This document shows, piece by piece, positions 41,039 to 50,208 of a stretch of DNA of 64,000 nucleotides. Location: positions 512,001 through 576,000 of the forward strand of contig CBDDDG010000010.1 of NCBI GenBank assembly GCA_965226555.1. Direction: 5' to 3'. Origin of the DNA: Salinispira sp. (GTDB taxonomy: Bacteria; Spirochaetota; Spirochaetia; DSM-27196; Salinispiraceae). The position numbers and the translations under genes were made by a program. The notes under the pieces were generated by a model. It was not told where the DNA came from. It saw nothing but the letters and a program-made list of their open reading frames with translations, and made no database searches. Each line of letters starts with the position of its first letter. Position 1 is the stretch's first letter.

Positions 41039-41356
41039 ATGATGAAACGTGTCGGCTTTGCCATGCAGCTTATGCCGGGCAGGGTCAGGGAGTATCGGCG
41101 GCGGCATAATGAAATATGGCCGGAGCTGGTTAAGGAACTGGAGGCAGCCGGAGTGCGGGACTATGTTATCTATTTTGATCTGCGCAGCAACACCCTCTTT
41201 GCCAGCCAGAAACTGACTGAGGATAACAGCGCCGAACTTTTGCCGGGCAGTGAAATTGTGAAAAAATGGTGGGATTCAATGGCAGACCTCATGGAAACCC
41301 ATGCCGATAATTCCCCCGTTGTGTATGATCTTGAAGAAGTGTTCTTCATGGAGTAG
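41039..41356 (+). CDS. rhaM: L-rhamnose mutarotase
   Basis: EYRRRHNEIWPEL, KKWWDSMADLM, LEEVF. Confidence 0.92.
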   Translation: MMKRVGFAMQLMPGRVREYRRRHNEIWPELVKELEAAGVRDYVIYFDLRSNTLFASQKLTEDNSAELLPGSEIVKKWWDSMADLMETHADNSPVVYDLEEVFFME

Positions 41357-41357
41357 G

Positions 41358-42920
41358 ATGGAGCCGATGGCAGAGACCGTTCTGAAATTGAAGAATATCA
41401 GCAAGACCTTTCCCGGGGTACGCGCCCTCAATGCTGTGTCATTTGAGTTGCGCCGGGGGGAGGTTCACGGCATTCTGGGAGAGAACGGGGCAGGAAAATC
41501 GACCCTCATTAAAATTATTACCGGTGTTCATCAGCCCGATGAGGGCGAAATCTACCTGCATGGCGAGGCAGTGCATTTTGCCTCCCCGCGTGAGGCTCAA
41601 AACAGCGGCATTGCTGCTATTTATCAGCATGTTACCTGCTATCCCGATCTGAGTGTTGCCGAAAATATCTTCATGGGCCATGAGAGCATACATCCTGTCA
41701 GTAAAACCATCGACTGGAAGCGCATGCGCGAGCGGGCGCAGGAACTTCTGGATCAGCTTGATGCGCCCTTTTCTCCTCGGGCGCGCATGGGCGATCTGTC
41801 GGTAGCGCGGCAGCAGATTGTGGAAATTGCCAAGGCGCTTTCCATGAATGCCCGCATTATTATTATGGATGAGCCGACGGCGGCGCTCTCGCAGCATGAG
41901 AGCGAGGAGCTGTACCGCATAATTGCCAAGCTTCGGGCTGAGGGAACGTCAATTATTTTCATATCGCATCGGCTGGAAGATATTTACCGGCTCGCTGAAC
42001 GGGTTACTGTTTTTCGCGATGCTGAGTATATCGGCACCTGGAATACCGAGGGGCTTTCCCGAGATGAAATTGTTGTTGCCATGGTCGGCCGGGAGATTAC
42101 GCAGATGTTTCCCCGGCACAGCGCCGAGCCCGGAGAGGAGCTGCTGCGCGTGGAGGGGCTGGGGCGAGTCGGATTTTTCAGAGATGTATCGTTTTCCCTG
42201 CGGCGGGGGGAGATACTTGCCCTCACCGGTCTTGTGGGCGCCGGAAGAACCGAGCTCTGCGAGGCCATATACGGCATTGCTCCGGCGGATGTGGGAAGCA
42301 TGAGTATTGACGGGGTGGAGTGCCGCATCAGTACGCCGATGCAGGCGCTGCATGCCGGTATTGGTTATATGCCGGAGGATCGGCAGAAGCAGGGGCTCAT
42401 TCTGAGCTGGTCCATAAGCCGGAACATTACCCTCCCGGAACTGTCGGCATACGCCCGCAGGGGCTGGCTGCGGGAAAGCCGCGAGTATGAGGCTGCCGGC
42501 AGGCTGGCAGACAGGCTGGCTGTGAAGGCAGGCGATGTGTTCACGGCTGTTTCGACGCTTTCCGGCGGTAATCAGCAGAAGGTCGTTGTCGCAAAAATCA
42601 TCTCCGGCACGCTCAAAATTATTATTCTGGATGAGCCGACAAAGGGAGTGGACATTGGCGCCAAGGCGGCAATTTATGAAATTATCAACGGACTTGCCTC
42701 CCAGGGCTACGGCATTATTATGGTATCGTCCGAAATGCCGGAGGTTCTGGGGCTGAGCGACCGCATTGCCGTTATGCGCAAGGGGCGCCTGACCGCCCTC
42801 CTTCAGACCTCCGAAACCAGTCAGGAAGAAATTCTCCATGCTGCCATGCACATAGAAAAGGCGGAGTGGCAGCCGGAAAAGGCGGAACAGCCGGAAAAGG
42901 CGGAGCGGCATGAGGGGTAA
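41358..42920 (+). CDS. Rhamnose-type sugar ABC transporter ATP-binding protein
   Basis: GENGAGKST, two NBD halves, LSGGNQQK, DEPTKGVD. Confidence 0.92.
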   Translation: MEPMAETVLKLKNISKTFPGVRALNAVSFELRRGEVHGILGENGAGKSTLIKIITGVHQPDEGEIYLHGEAVHFASPREAQNSGIAAIYQHVTCYPDLSVAENIFMGHESIHPVSKTIDWKRMRERAQELLDQLDAPFSPRARMGDLSVARQQIVEIAKALSMNARIIIMDEPTAALSQHESEELYRIIAKLRAEGTSIIFISHRLEDIYRLAERVTVFRDAEYIGTWNTEGLSRDEIVVAMVGREITQMFPRHSAEPGEELLRVEGLGRVGFFRDVSFSLRRGEILALTGLVGAGRTELCEAIYGIAPADVGSMSIDGVECRISTPMQALHAGIGYMPEDRQKQGLILSWSISRNITLPELSAYARRGWLRESREYEAAGRLADRLAVKAGDVFTAVSTLSGGNQQKVVVAKIISGTLKIIILDEPTKGVDIGAKAAIYEIINGLASQGYGIIMVSSEMPEVLGLSDRIAVMRKGRLTALLQTSETSQEEILHAAMHIEKAEWQPEKAEQPEKAERHEG

Positions 42921-43884
42921 TATGCGCGCGCGGGAGCTGGGCATGCTCTTGTTCATTGCCGCGCTCAGTCTGATCATTCAGCTTCGGAATCCGGTGTTTC
43001 TGAGCATCAGCAACATCACATCGCTTTTAACGAATACCTCCATTCTTGCCATATTAGCTGTGGGCATGATGCTCGTGCTGGTGACGCGGGGCATTGATCT
43101 GTCCATTGGGGCCATTATTGCCTTCAGCGGTATGATAACCGCCCTGACGGTGGCGGCGAATCCTGCCCTTCACCCCCTGCTTGCCCTGCTGGAGGGAACG
43201 CTCGTTGGACTGGCGGTGGGGGTTATTAACGGCGCGCTGGTGGCATACGGGGGCATAATGCCCATTATTGCAACGCTGGGAATGATGAATGCCGTGCGCG
43301 GTCTTACCTATGTTGTTTCGGGGGGGCAGTGGGTGAGTTCCTACCAAATGTCCGATGGCTTTAAGGCCATTGCCACCGGCAGTACCCTCGGCATCAATAA
43401 CCTTATTTTCATAACCATCTGCGTGTATGCGGGAGCTGTCTTTTTTGTGCAGCATACGCGCATTGGGCGGCGCATTTACGCTGTCGGCTCCAACCCCGAT
43501 GCCGCCGAAGTATCGGGACTGCCGAAGAAACGCCTCATTTTACTGGCCTACAGCATTATGGGCGCACTCGCCGGGCTGGCGGGGGTACTGTGGGTGGCGA
43601 AGTTTGCATCGGCACAGGGAAACACCGCGCTGGGCTATGAGCTTCTGGTCATTGCTGCCTGCATTCTCGGCGGCGTGAGCATATCCGGCGGGGTCGGGCG
43701 CCTCTCCGGTCTCATTCTCGGCGCCATTCTGCTCGGTATTCTGAACAACGCCCTTCCGCTCATAAACATTTCCCCTTTCTGGCAGTTGGCCATTCAGGGC
43801 ATAACAATAATGATTGCCGCCATAACCAATGTTCTCGTGCGGCGCAATAATGAGCGGGCAGTGCTCGCAGGCAGGGAAAGATGA
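42910..43884 (+). CDS. Sugar ABC transporter permease
   Basis: GIDLSIG, IATLG, GRRIYAVGSN, GGVSISGG. Confidence 0.92.
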   Translation: MRGNMRARELGMLLFIAALSLIIQLRNPVFLSISNITSLLTNTSILAILAVGMMLVLVTRGIDLSIGAIIAFSGMITALTVAANPALHPLLALLEGTLVGLAVGVINGALVAYGGIMPIIATLGMMNAVRGLTYVVSGGQWVSSYQMSDGFKAIATGSTLGINNLIFITICVYAGAVFFVQHTRIGRRIYAVGSNPDAAEVSGLPKKRLILLAYSIMGALAGLAGVLWVAKFASAQGNTALGYELLVIAACILGGVSISGGVGRLSGLILGAILLGILNNALPLINISPFWQLAIQGITIMIAAITNVLVRRNNERAVLAGRER

Positions 43885-44888
43885 TCGGGAAGAATTCAGA
43901 TGGGCAGGGGGGCCAGGGGCGGCAGGTGCGGAGCCTTGCCATCCAGCGCCAGTTCAGTTGGCGGCAGTTCTTTTTTCAGTGGGAATGGGCGCTGTTTGTT
44001 CTGCTCATTCTTGTGTTCGCGGTGAACTCCGGAATATCACCCTATTTTCTTTCTCTGAAAAACATTATCAATGCCCCATCGACATTTCTGGACAAGGCCT
44101 TCATTGTGTTTCCCATGATCTTTGTTATTATTCTGGGCAAAATTGATATTTCGGCGGCATCGACCGCCGCCCTGTCGGCAGTGCTCATGGCAGTGGCATA
44201 CAATGCCGGACTGCCCATGCCGCTGGCAATGCTTCTCTGCCTGCTGGTCGGCATTCTTGCGGGCGCCATTAATGCTCTCATTATGATTCGCTTTAAGGAA
44301 CTGTCGTTCGTCATTGTAACTCTGGCAACCATGATTCTCTACCGCGGTATTGCCTACATTATTCTCGGCGATCAGGCATCGGGAGATTTTCCGCGCTGGT
44401 TTTCGTTTCTGGGCTGGGGCTCGGTGCTGGGCATTCCCTTCATTGTTATTGCCTTTGTTGTTGCGGCGGTCATTTTTGGTCTGATTCTGCATAAAACAGT
44501 TCTGGGGAGGATGATTTACGGCATGGGATCAAACGCCGAAACCTGCCGTTATTCAGGGATCAATGTCGATAGGGTTACCTTCATTGTTTTTACGCTTACC
44601 GGGCTCATGTCTGCTGTGACGGCGCTGTTTCTGGCTTCCCGTACCGGCAGCACCAGACCGAACATTGCTACCGGGTATGAGCTGGAGATCATTACCATGG
44701 TGGTACTCGGGGGGGTGAGCACCAGCGGCGGAATCGGGCGCATTGGCGGGCCAATTCTGGCAGTGTTCATTATCGGTTATGTGAGCTATGGCATGGGGCT
44801 TGCCAACATTCAGGCTCCCATTGTGCTTGTGGTCATTGGGCTGCTGCTCATTTTTTCCGTCCTAACACAGAAATTCCGCGCTGCGTAA
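43881..44888 (+). CDS. Sugar ABC transporter permease (second subunit)
   Basis: IDIS, VTLAT, GYELEIITMVVLGGVS. Confidence 0.92.
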   Translation: MIGKNSDGQGGQGRQVRSLAIQRQFSWRQFFFQWEWALFVLLILVFAVNSGISPYFLSLKNIINAPSTFLDKAFIVFPMIFVIILGKIDISAASTAALSAVLMAVAYNAGLPMPLAMLLCLLVGILAGAINALIMIRFKELSFVIVTLATMILYRGIAYIILGDQASGDFPRWFSFLGWGSVLGIPFIVIAFVVAAVIFGLILHKTVLGRMIYGMGSNAETCRYSGINVDRVTFIVFTLTGLMSAVTALFLASRTGSTRPNIATGYELEIITMVVLGGVSTSGGIGRIGGPILAVFIIGYVSYGMGLANIQAPIVLVVIGLLLIFSVLTQKFRAA

Positions 44889-45089
44889 GTTCCTGCGCTG
44901 CGGGAAATAATGAAAAAAAGAATGAATTTTAGGGTTTTGGGGTATGTAAGGGGTGGAGAATGGTGTAGTCTGAGTACTCAGAACCGATGAATAATTTTTT
45001 CTGCGTGGAAAAAAGACTACCGGCAGATATAATGGAGTTATGCAAAAGTTTCTGTTATAATACTTCCAGTTATTAAGAAGGAGGAAAAT

Positions 45090-47261
45090 ATGTGTGTTCA
45101 TTTTATGCGGAGAGGAACCCTTTTTCTATTCTGCTCAATGTTTATTGTATTGATGGCGGGATGTCCAATGCCGGAACCCAATATGGGGGGGGGGGGGGGG
45201 GGGGGTAATGTAAGCCCGCCGGGCACAATGGATGCCCCAACTCTTGAAGCGGGAGATGAGCAACTCATTGCAACATGGACTGCGCCAACAAACACCGGCG
45301 GCAGCGAAATTACCGGCTATGAACTGCAATATAGCTCAGATGGCGGAACCACATGGTCAGATCCTCCTATTGAAGTCGCCGCGCTAGCCGCAAAGGCCAT
45401 CATCTCCGGCCTGAGCAACGGCAGCAGTTATGAAGTACAGGTACGCGCAGTCAACGCGCAGGGCGCAGGCGGCTGGTCGGACAGCGCATTAGCAAGCCCT
45501 GTTGCCGTTCCCCATGCTCCGAACGCTCCCGGGCTTACCCCGGAAAATAGTCAACTAACAGTTTATTGGACTGCGCCGACCAGCGATGGTGGCAGCGCCA
45601 TTACCGGCTATGAGCTGCAATATAGACAATATAGCTCAGACGGCGGAACCACATGGTCGGATCCTCCTATTGAAGTCGCCGCTCCAGCCACAAAGACCAT
45701 CATCACCGGCCTAATCAACGGCAGCAGTTATGAAGTACAGGTACGCGCCGTCAACGCGCAGGGCGCAGGCGGCTGGTCGGACAGCGCATTAGCAAGCCCT
45801 GTTGCCGTTCCCGGTGCTCCCGACTTGCCAAGCCTCACCGTGGAAAATGAGCAACTTCGCATTTCATGGGCAGCGCCGACCAACACCGGCGGCAGCGACA
45901 TTACCGGCTATGACCTGCGCTACGCACTAAACAATTCACCCCTGCCGGACGATCCGCAAATTAGCAACACAAGCAATACCTCTCATACCATTATGCAACT
46001 GGAAATTGGCAGCCGCTACACCGTACAGGTGCGCGGCATCAACGCGCAGGGCAGGGGTTCGTGGTCAGAATCCGCAGCGAAAACATTCCCGCTCATTGCG
46101 ACACAGGTGCCGGAGGGTACGGAGGTCTTTGTCATTCTTTCGACTGTTGACAACGCAATTGCCAATGCCGCAAACCCAAACATTACTGTGGTTCCAGTTA
46201 CTTCCCCGGCATTAACGGTCGTCTTACCGACAATTGATGCGGCTACCGGAATTATTATGGTTACCGCAAGCACAAGCCCGGGAACATATACGGTATCTGG
46301 TACAGACGGAGGAAGCGAACTGTTTGCCCCCGAAAAGTTCTCTGTTACCCTGAGTCCTCCTACTAACGCTGAACTGAAAACAGCGGTAACTAATGGAATA
46401 TCAAACTGGGGACAAACTGCCGATCTCAACTACATTCTTACCGCGGCAGTAACGGACATGTCCGAAGTGTTCAAAGATAAAACCGCATTCAATGGAAATA
46501 TCTCGGGTTGGACTGTCAGCGCTGTAACGGATATGTCGGAAATGTTCAATAACGCAGACGCATTCAATCGTGATCTTAATAATTGGGATGTCAGCGCGGT
46601 AACGGATATGTCGGGGATGTTCCATCGCACAGACGCATTCAATGGCAATATCTCAAGCTGGAATGTCAGCTCGGTAACAGATATGTCGCAAATGTTCAGT
46701 GACACAGACGCATTCAATAGCAACATCTCGGGCTGGACTGTCAGTAAGGTAACGGATATGTTGGGGATGTTCAATAACGCAAGCGCATTCAATGGCAATA
46801 TCTCGGGATGGAATGTCAGCGCGGTAACGAATATGTCGGGGATGTTTGGTAACACAAGCGCATTCAATGGCGACATTTCCGGTTGGGATGTCAGTAAGGT
46901 AACGACTATGGCCAGTATGTTCCAGAGCGCAATCGCATTCAATGGCAACATTTCCGGTTGGGATGTCAGCTCGGTAACGACTATGAGCAATATGTTCGTT
47001 TTTACAAGCGCATTCAATGGCGACATCTCCGGTTGGGATGTCAGCTCGGTAACGACTATGTATTCTATGTTCTTTTTGGCAAGCGCATTCAATCAGAATC
47101 TTACTGCATGGGGCGGGACAGATGAAGGGAGCTTACGGCGTGATCCTAATGATAATAGCAAATATGGAGTAACGGTAACGGATATGTTTACGAGTTCCGG
47201 CGTTGTGGATACCGGGGGCGTGGGTGTTCCCGATTGGTATACTGAGATTATTGCCTATTAA
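45090..47261 (+). CDS. Surface lipoprotein: 3 fibronectin type III domains + DUF285/BspA-like 25-aa repeats
   Basis: Lipobox LMAGC; WTAP...GGSxITGY...YEVQVRAVN x3; AFNGNISGWDVSxVTxMxxMF repeats. Confidence 0.9.
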   Translation: MCVHFMRRGTLFLFCSMFIVLMAGCPMPEPNMGGGGGGGNVSPPGTMDAPTLEAGDEQLIATWTAPTNTGGSEITGYELQYSSDGGTTWSDPPIEVAALAAKAIISGLSNGSSYEVQVRAVNAQGAGGWSDSALASPVAVPHAPNAPGLTPENSQLTVYWTAPTSDGGSAITGYELQYRQYSSDGGTTWSDPPIEVAAPATKTIITGLINGSSYEVQVRAVNAQGAGGWSDSALASPVAVPGAPDLPSLTVENEQLRISWAAPTNTGGSDITGYDLRYALNNSPLPDDPQISNTSNTSHTIMQLEIGSRYTVQVRGINAQGRGSWSESAAKTFPLIATQVPEGTEVFVILSTVDNAIANAANPNITVVPVTSPALTVVLPTIDAATGIIMVTASTSPGTYTVSGTDGGSELFAPEKFSVTLSPPTNAELKTAVTNGISNWGQTADLNYILTAAVTDMSEVFKDKTAFNGNISGWTVSAVTDMSEMFNNADAFNRDLNNWDVSAVTDMSGMFHRTDAFNGNISSWNVSSVTDMSQMFSDTDAFNSNISGWTVSKVTDMLGMFNNASAFNGNISGWNVSAVTNMSGMFGNTSAFNGDISGWDVSKVTTMASMFQSAIAFNGNISGWDVSSVTTMSNMFVFTSAFNGDISGWDVSSVTTMYSMFFLASAFNQNLTAWGGTDEGSLRRDPNDNSKYGVTVTDMFTSSGVVDTGGVGVPDWYTEIIAY
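45185..45205 (+). repeat. G21 homopolymer in the coding sequence just after the lipobox
   Basis: 21 consecutive G, currently in frame. Confidence 0.9.
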
Positions 47262-47279
47262 CGAGTTGCAATTCAACTC

Positions 47280-47316
47280 AGGCAGGCGCGGAAAAAAATC
47301 CGTGCCTGCCTTTTTT
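47280..47316 (+). terminator. Rho-independent terminator
   Basis: AGGCAGGCGCGGA-AAAAAA-TCCGTGCCTGCCT followed by a T run. Confidence 0.8.
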
Positions 47317-47357
47317 CGATAGAGACGGCTGCCTGTTTGTTATCTGTCTGCCCGATT

Positions 47358-47455
47358 CGGCTGCCCATGCGACTGTTGCTGAGACGGGGGGCTAGTCGGC
47401 GCTCCGCGCCTGCTCGCCCAAGCATCCGGCTCACCCAAGCGGCGGGATCAGGTCA
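47358..47455. repeat. Family B GC-rich element (long form)
   Basis: CCCATGCGACTGTTGCTGAGACGGGGGGCTAGTCGG...CCTGCTCGCCCA...GCGGCGGGATCAGGTCAA. Confidence 0.7.
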
Positions 47456-47528
47456 ATATCCCAAAATAATAAAAATAATTACAAAAATTTTTCATATTCA
47501 CCATTCATATTTTACCCGTCTATATAGT

Positions 47529-47744
47529 ATGGGGAAAGATTATATCGATATGGTACATGATAAAATCTGGAAATATGTTTTCGGGAATGCTCAGATATTC
47601 CGTGATTTCATATATTCATACTTCAACAAAGACCTCGCACGGAGCATGGAGAGCATCAACACAGAGCATACCAGCCCCCGCATTCCCCAATCCCCTGAAA
47701 AAAATTCACAAATTTTGCAAAATTCTCTCAAAAAACATAGTTAA
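47529..47744 (+). pseudogene. N-terminal fragment of an Rpn/YhgA-like nuclease
   Basis: HDKIWKYVFGNAQIFRDFI resembles the Rpn N-terminal HDxxFK...F motif; truncated. Confidence 0.55.
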
Positions 47745-47860
47745 AAATGACTTTTTACCCGTTATAGATATATAAGGGAGAATTCACCATGGGACCATGT
47801 CGCCATGGGAGCTCCCCTATTAAGAAAAAAACGTTCAAAAAAAATCTTCAGGAGGATTGT

Positions 47861-48997
47861 ATGATCGATTTCAAAGAAAAACCCGCCCCCGTTCCCTACG
47901 ACCAAGGATACCGCTCCCTACTGTTCCAACCCGCAATAATGCTCCAATTTCTTCAACGCTTTGTCGGAGGCGCATGGACGAAAAAACTCCGAACCGAGGA
48001 TATAACCATTGAAAACGGTACCTTTTTTATCGACCATGCGAAAACACGGATGGCCGACATCGTCTGCAAAATCAGGACTCGGGATCACACGGGAGATGTT
48101 GCTATCTATGTGCTCCTTGAGCATCAGTCTGGAGTGGACAAAGACATGCCCCTCCGCATGTCGGAATATACGAATCTGCTCTATCGGAACATTCACCGCT
48201 CCGGAGAAATTCCCGATGACTGCGAGGTGGTATTTCTGCCCATTGTGTTCTATAATGGTACGCGAAAATGGAAGGTGCCGGGGAATGTCAGAGAGCGGAA
48301 CACGCGGGAATTCCCGCAGTATCTTGCTCCTTTTCCCTACGATCTTATTAACGAGAGCGATTATTCTGCGGAGCAGCTGCAGCAGCGGGGAAGAATGTTT
48401 GCGGCTGTCATGTACCTTGATCTGTACTCGAAAAATCTACTGAATACGGATTGGGACATTCGGAAGGTGGAGAAAGCGATAGCAGAAATGCTGAATGAGG
48501 AATCGCTGGAGCTGATAGAGGAATTTGTCGGCGTGGTAGATTCGATGTTCGGAATTGTTATAGACTTTGACACGTTAATGAAACAATTACAAAGAACAAA
48601 AGAACCGAGAGGTAAGGAGGTAGCAAAAATGTTCAGAATGAATGCGGAAACATTCAGAGCGCGCATTGCGGAAATGGGTCGGCAGGAAGGACTTCAGGCA
48701 GGATTGCAGACAGGTCGTGAAGAAGGACTTCAGACAGGTCGGCAGGAAGGATTGCAAGAAGGACTTCAGACAGGATTGCAGACAGGTCGTGAAGAAGGAC
48801 TGCAGACAGGTCGGCAGGAAGGACTTCAGACAGGATTGCAGACAGGTCGGCAGGAAGGCCGCGCGGAGGGGCATATTGAGGAACGGAGAAAAAACGCCCG
48901 CAGTATGTTTTTGGAAGGCTTGTCGACCGAGGCTGTTCAGAGAATTACCGGGCTGAGCGATGAGGAAATGCGGACAGTGCGGAACGGATCGCATTAA
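47861..48997 (+). CDS. Rpn family (YhgA-like PD-(D/E)XK) recombination-promoting nuclease / putative transposase
   Basis: ADIV, LEHQS, MPLRM..Y, PIVFYNG..W motifs; C-terminal GRQEG repeats and HTH-like tail; GGAGG SD. Confidence 0.9.
   Translation: MIDFKEKPAPVPYDQGYRSLLFQPAIMLQFLQRFVGGAWTKKLRTEDITIENGTFFIDHAKTRMADIVCKIRTRDHTGDVAIYVLLEHQSGVDKDMPLRMSEYTNLLYRNIHRSGEIPDDCEVVFLPIVFYNGTRKWKVPGNVRERNTREFPQYLAPFPYDLINESDYSAEQLQQRGRMFAAVMYLDLYSKNLLNTDWDIRKVEKAIAEMLNEESLELIEEFVGVVDSMFGIVIDFDTLMKQLQRTKEPRGKEVAKMFRMNAETFRARIAEMGRQEGLQAGLQTGREEGLQTGRQEGLQEGLQTGLQTGREEGLQTGRQEGLQTGLQTGRQEGRAEGHIEERRKNARSMFLEGLSTEAVQRITGLSDEEMRTVRNGSH
48629..48997 (+). CDS. Putative in-frame intragenic small protein (RpnS-like, 122 aa)
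   Basis: AAGGAGGT SD upstream of an in-frame ATG (MFRMNAE...). Confidence 0.6.
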   Translation: MFRMNAETFRARIAEMGRQEGLQAGLQTGREEGLQTGRQEGLQEGLQTGLQTGREEGLQTGRQEGLQTGLQTGRQEGRAEGHIEERRKNARSMFLEGLSTEAVQRITGLSDEEMRTVRNGSH

Positions 48998-48998
48998 T

Positions 48999-49113
48999 TG
49001 GCGCTGCTCGGCCTGCTCACCCAAGCCTCCTGCTCGCCATGCGACTGTTGCTGGGGCTAGGGGCTGGTCGGAGGCTTGCGCATCCGGTTCGCTTATGCGG
49101 CGGGGTTAGGTCA
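48999..49113. repeat. Family B GC-rich element (long form)
   Basis: CCTCCTGCTCGCCATGCGACTGTTGCTG...GGGGCTGGTCGGAGGCT...GCGGCGGGGTTAGGTCAA. Confidence 0.72.
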
Positions 49114-49177
49114 AATAGTAGAAAGTTTTGCATAAATAAAATTTTGCCTTGAAAAATTGTGCAGAGCACAATTTTCT

Positions 49178-49609
49178 GTGAGAATATCGGGTCAATAAAA
49201 GACTATTCAAAAGAAACAATTGCCATACTCAAAGATATGATACAGAATGAGAGTGCCGAAAATAAAGAGGTATTGTATGACAAAGTTTTGCATTCTGCAA
49301 AACTTTCTACAAAGTGCGAGAATGCTCCGCACATAAAAGCATTCCAAATGAGAAACTTTTGCTACTGGAAATTGTGCAAGCACAATTTTCCAATGCAAAA
49401 GTTTCTGTGAATGGATAAGCATACGGTTTTATGGTACGATAACGAAAGATGAGGCAAAGAAATTATTTGCTGCTCGGACCCAGCGTGATCATGCAATCAA
49501 AATGTTCAAAGAGGGTCTGTCTATGGACCTTATTCATAAGATTACCGATCTCAGCAGGGATGAAATTCGAGCATTTCAGAAAAACGGTAGTGAAAACGGT
49601 AAAAAGTAA
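49178..49609 (+). pseudogene. C-terminal remnant of an Rpn paralogue interrupted by a family A element
   Basis: AIKMFKEGLSMDLIHKITDLSRDEI matches ARSMFLEGLSTEAVQRITGLSDEEM; removing 49281-49410 joins KEVLY-EWISI. Confidence 0.65.
49281..49407. repeat. Full composite family A element flanked by TGA/TGA
   Basis: Hairpin + GAGAATGCT...AGCATTCC linker + nested hairpin. Confidence 0.85.
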
Positions 49610-49746
49610 CAGCACAGCCGCGCATTGCCCCCATGTGTCTGTTGCTGAGGATGGGGTGCTGAGGATGGGGTCAGATCACAGTAATATCCCCCCAACGTCC
49701 GTAGTCTCATCCTTTGATATGTGTTCCTGAATGTAGTATACTCATT

Positions 49747-49802
49747 GAAAGGTTTACTACTGGAAATTGTGCACGCACAATTTTCCAATGCAAAACTTTC
49801 TG
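49747..49802. repeat. Family A nested-hairpin element upstream of the antitoxin gene
   Basis: CTACTGGAAATTGTGCACGCACAATTTTCCAATGCAAAACTTTC. Confidence 0.75.
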
Positions 49803-49839
49803 TTATTTAATGACCACATAAGGATCGGAGGGAAACAAT

Positions 49840-50082
49840 ATGAAAACAAATATTGTTGATATAGGTAACTCAAAAGGCATTTTGGTATCACAAGAAATCT
49901 TACAACAATGCCATATTACCGATAAGGCTGATATGAGTGTTCATAAAAACCGTATTGTGTTAGCACCCGTTAAAAAAGTAAGAAAAAACTGGGATCGTGC
50001 TTTTCGAAAAATGGCGGAACGGAAAGAAGATACACTTTTAATGGAATCAGTCCCTTATAACAACGAAGACTGGCAATGGTGA
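49840..50082 (+). CDS. AbrB/MazE/SpoVT family antitoxin
   Basis: IGNSKGI N-terminus, RKNWDRAF, ends EDWQW. Confidence 0.88.
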   Translation: MKTNIVDIGNSKGILVSQEILQQCHITDKADMSVHKNRIVLAPVKKVRKNWDRAFRKMAERKEDTLLMESVPYNNEDWQW

Positions 50083-50182
50083 TAAACCAATACGAAATTT
50101 ATCTGGTTTGCTTAGATCCGACCATCGGTGCAGAAACCAAAAAGTCAAAGATATCATTAAAGAAATGTTGGTGGATGAATAA
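50076..50182 (+). pseudogene. PemK/MazF toxin with an internal deletion
   Basis: N-terminus MVINQYEIYLVCLDPTIGAETKK joined out of frame to C-terminus VKDIIKEMLVDE*. Confidence 0.8.
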
Positions 50183-50208
50183 AATCAATTACTGAGACTA
50201 TGAGAAAC

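Noticed and set aside
40080..42977. Long antisense ORFs (40080..40961, 41949..42977; likewise 54769..55719 and 59521..60219)
   Set aside because: Shadows of well-supported genes on the opposite strand with no recognisable motifs.
46430..47100. Possible diversity-generating retroelement template/variable repeat
   Set aside because: Repeats are all in frame within one gene, differences are not confined to adenines, and there is no reverse transcriptase in the window.
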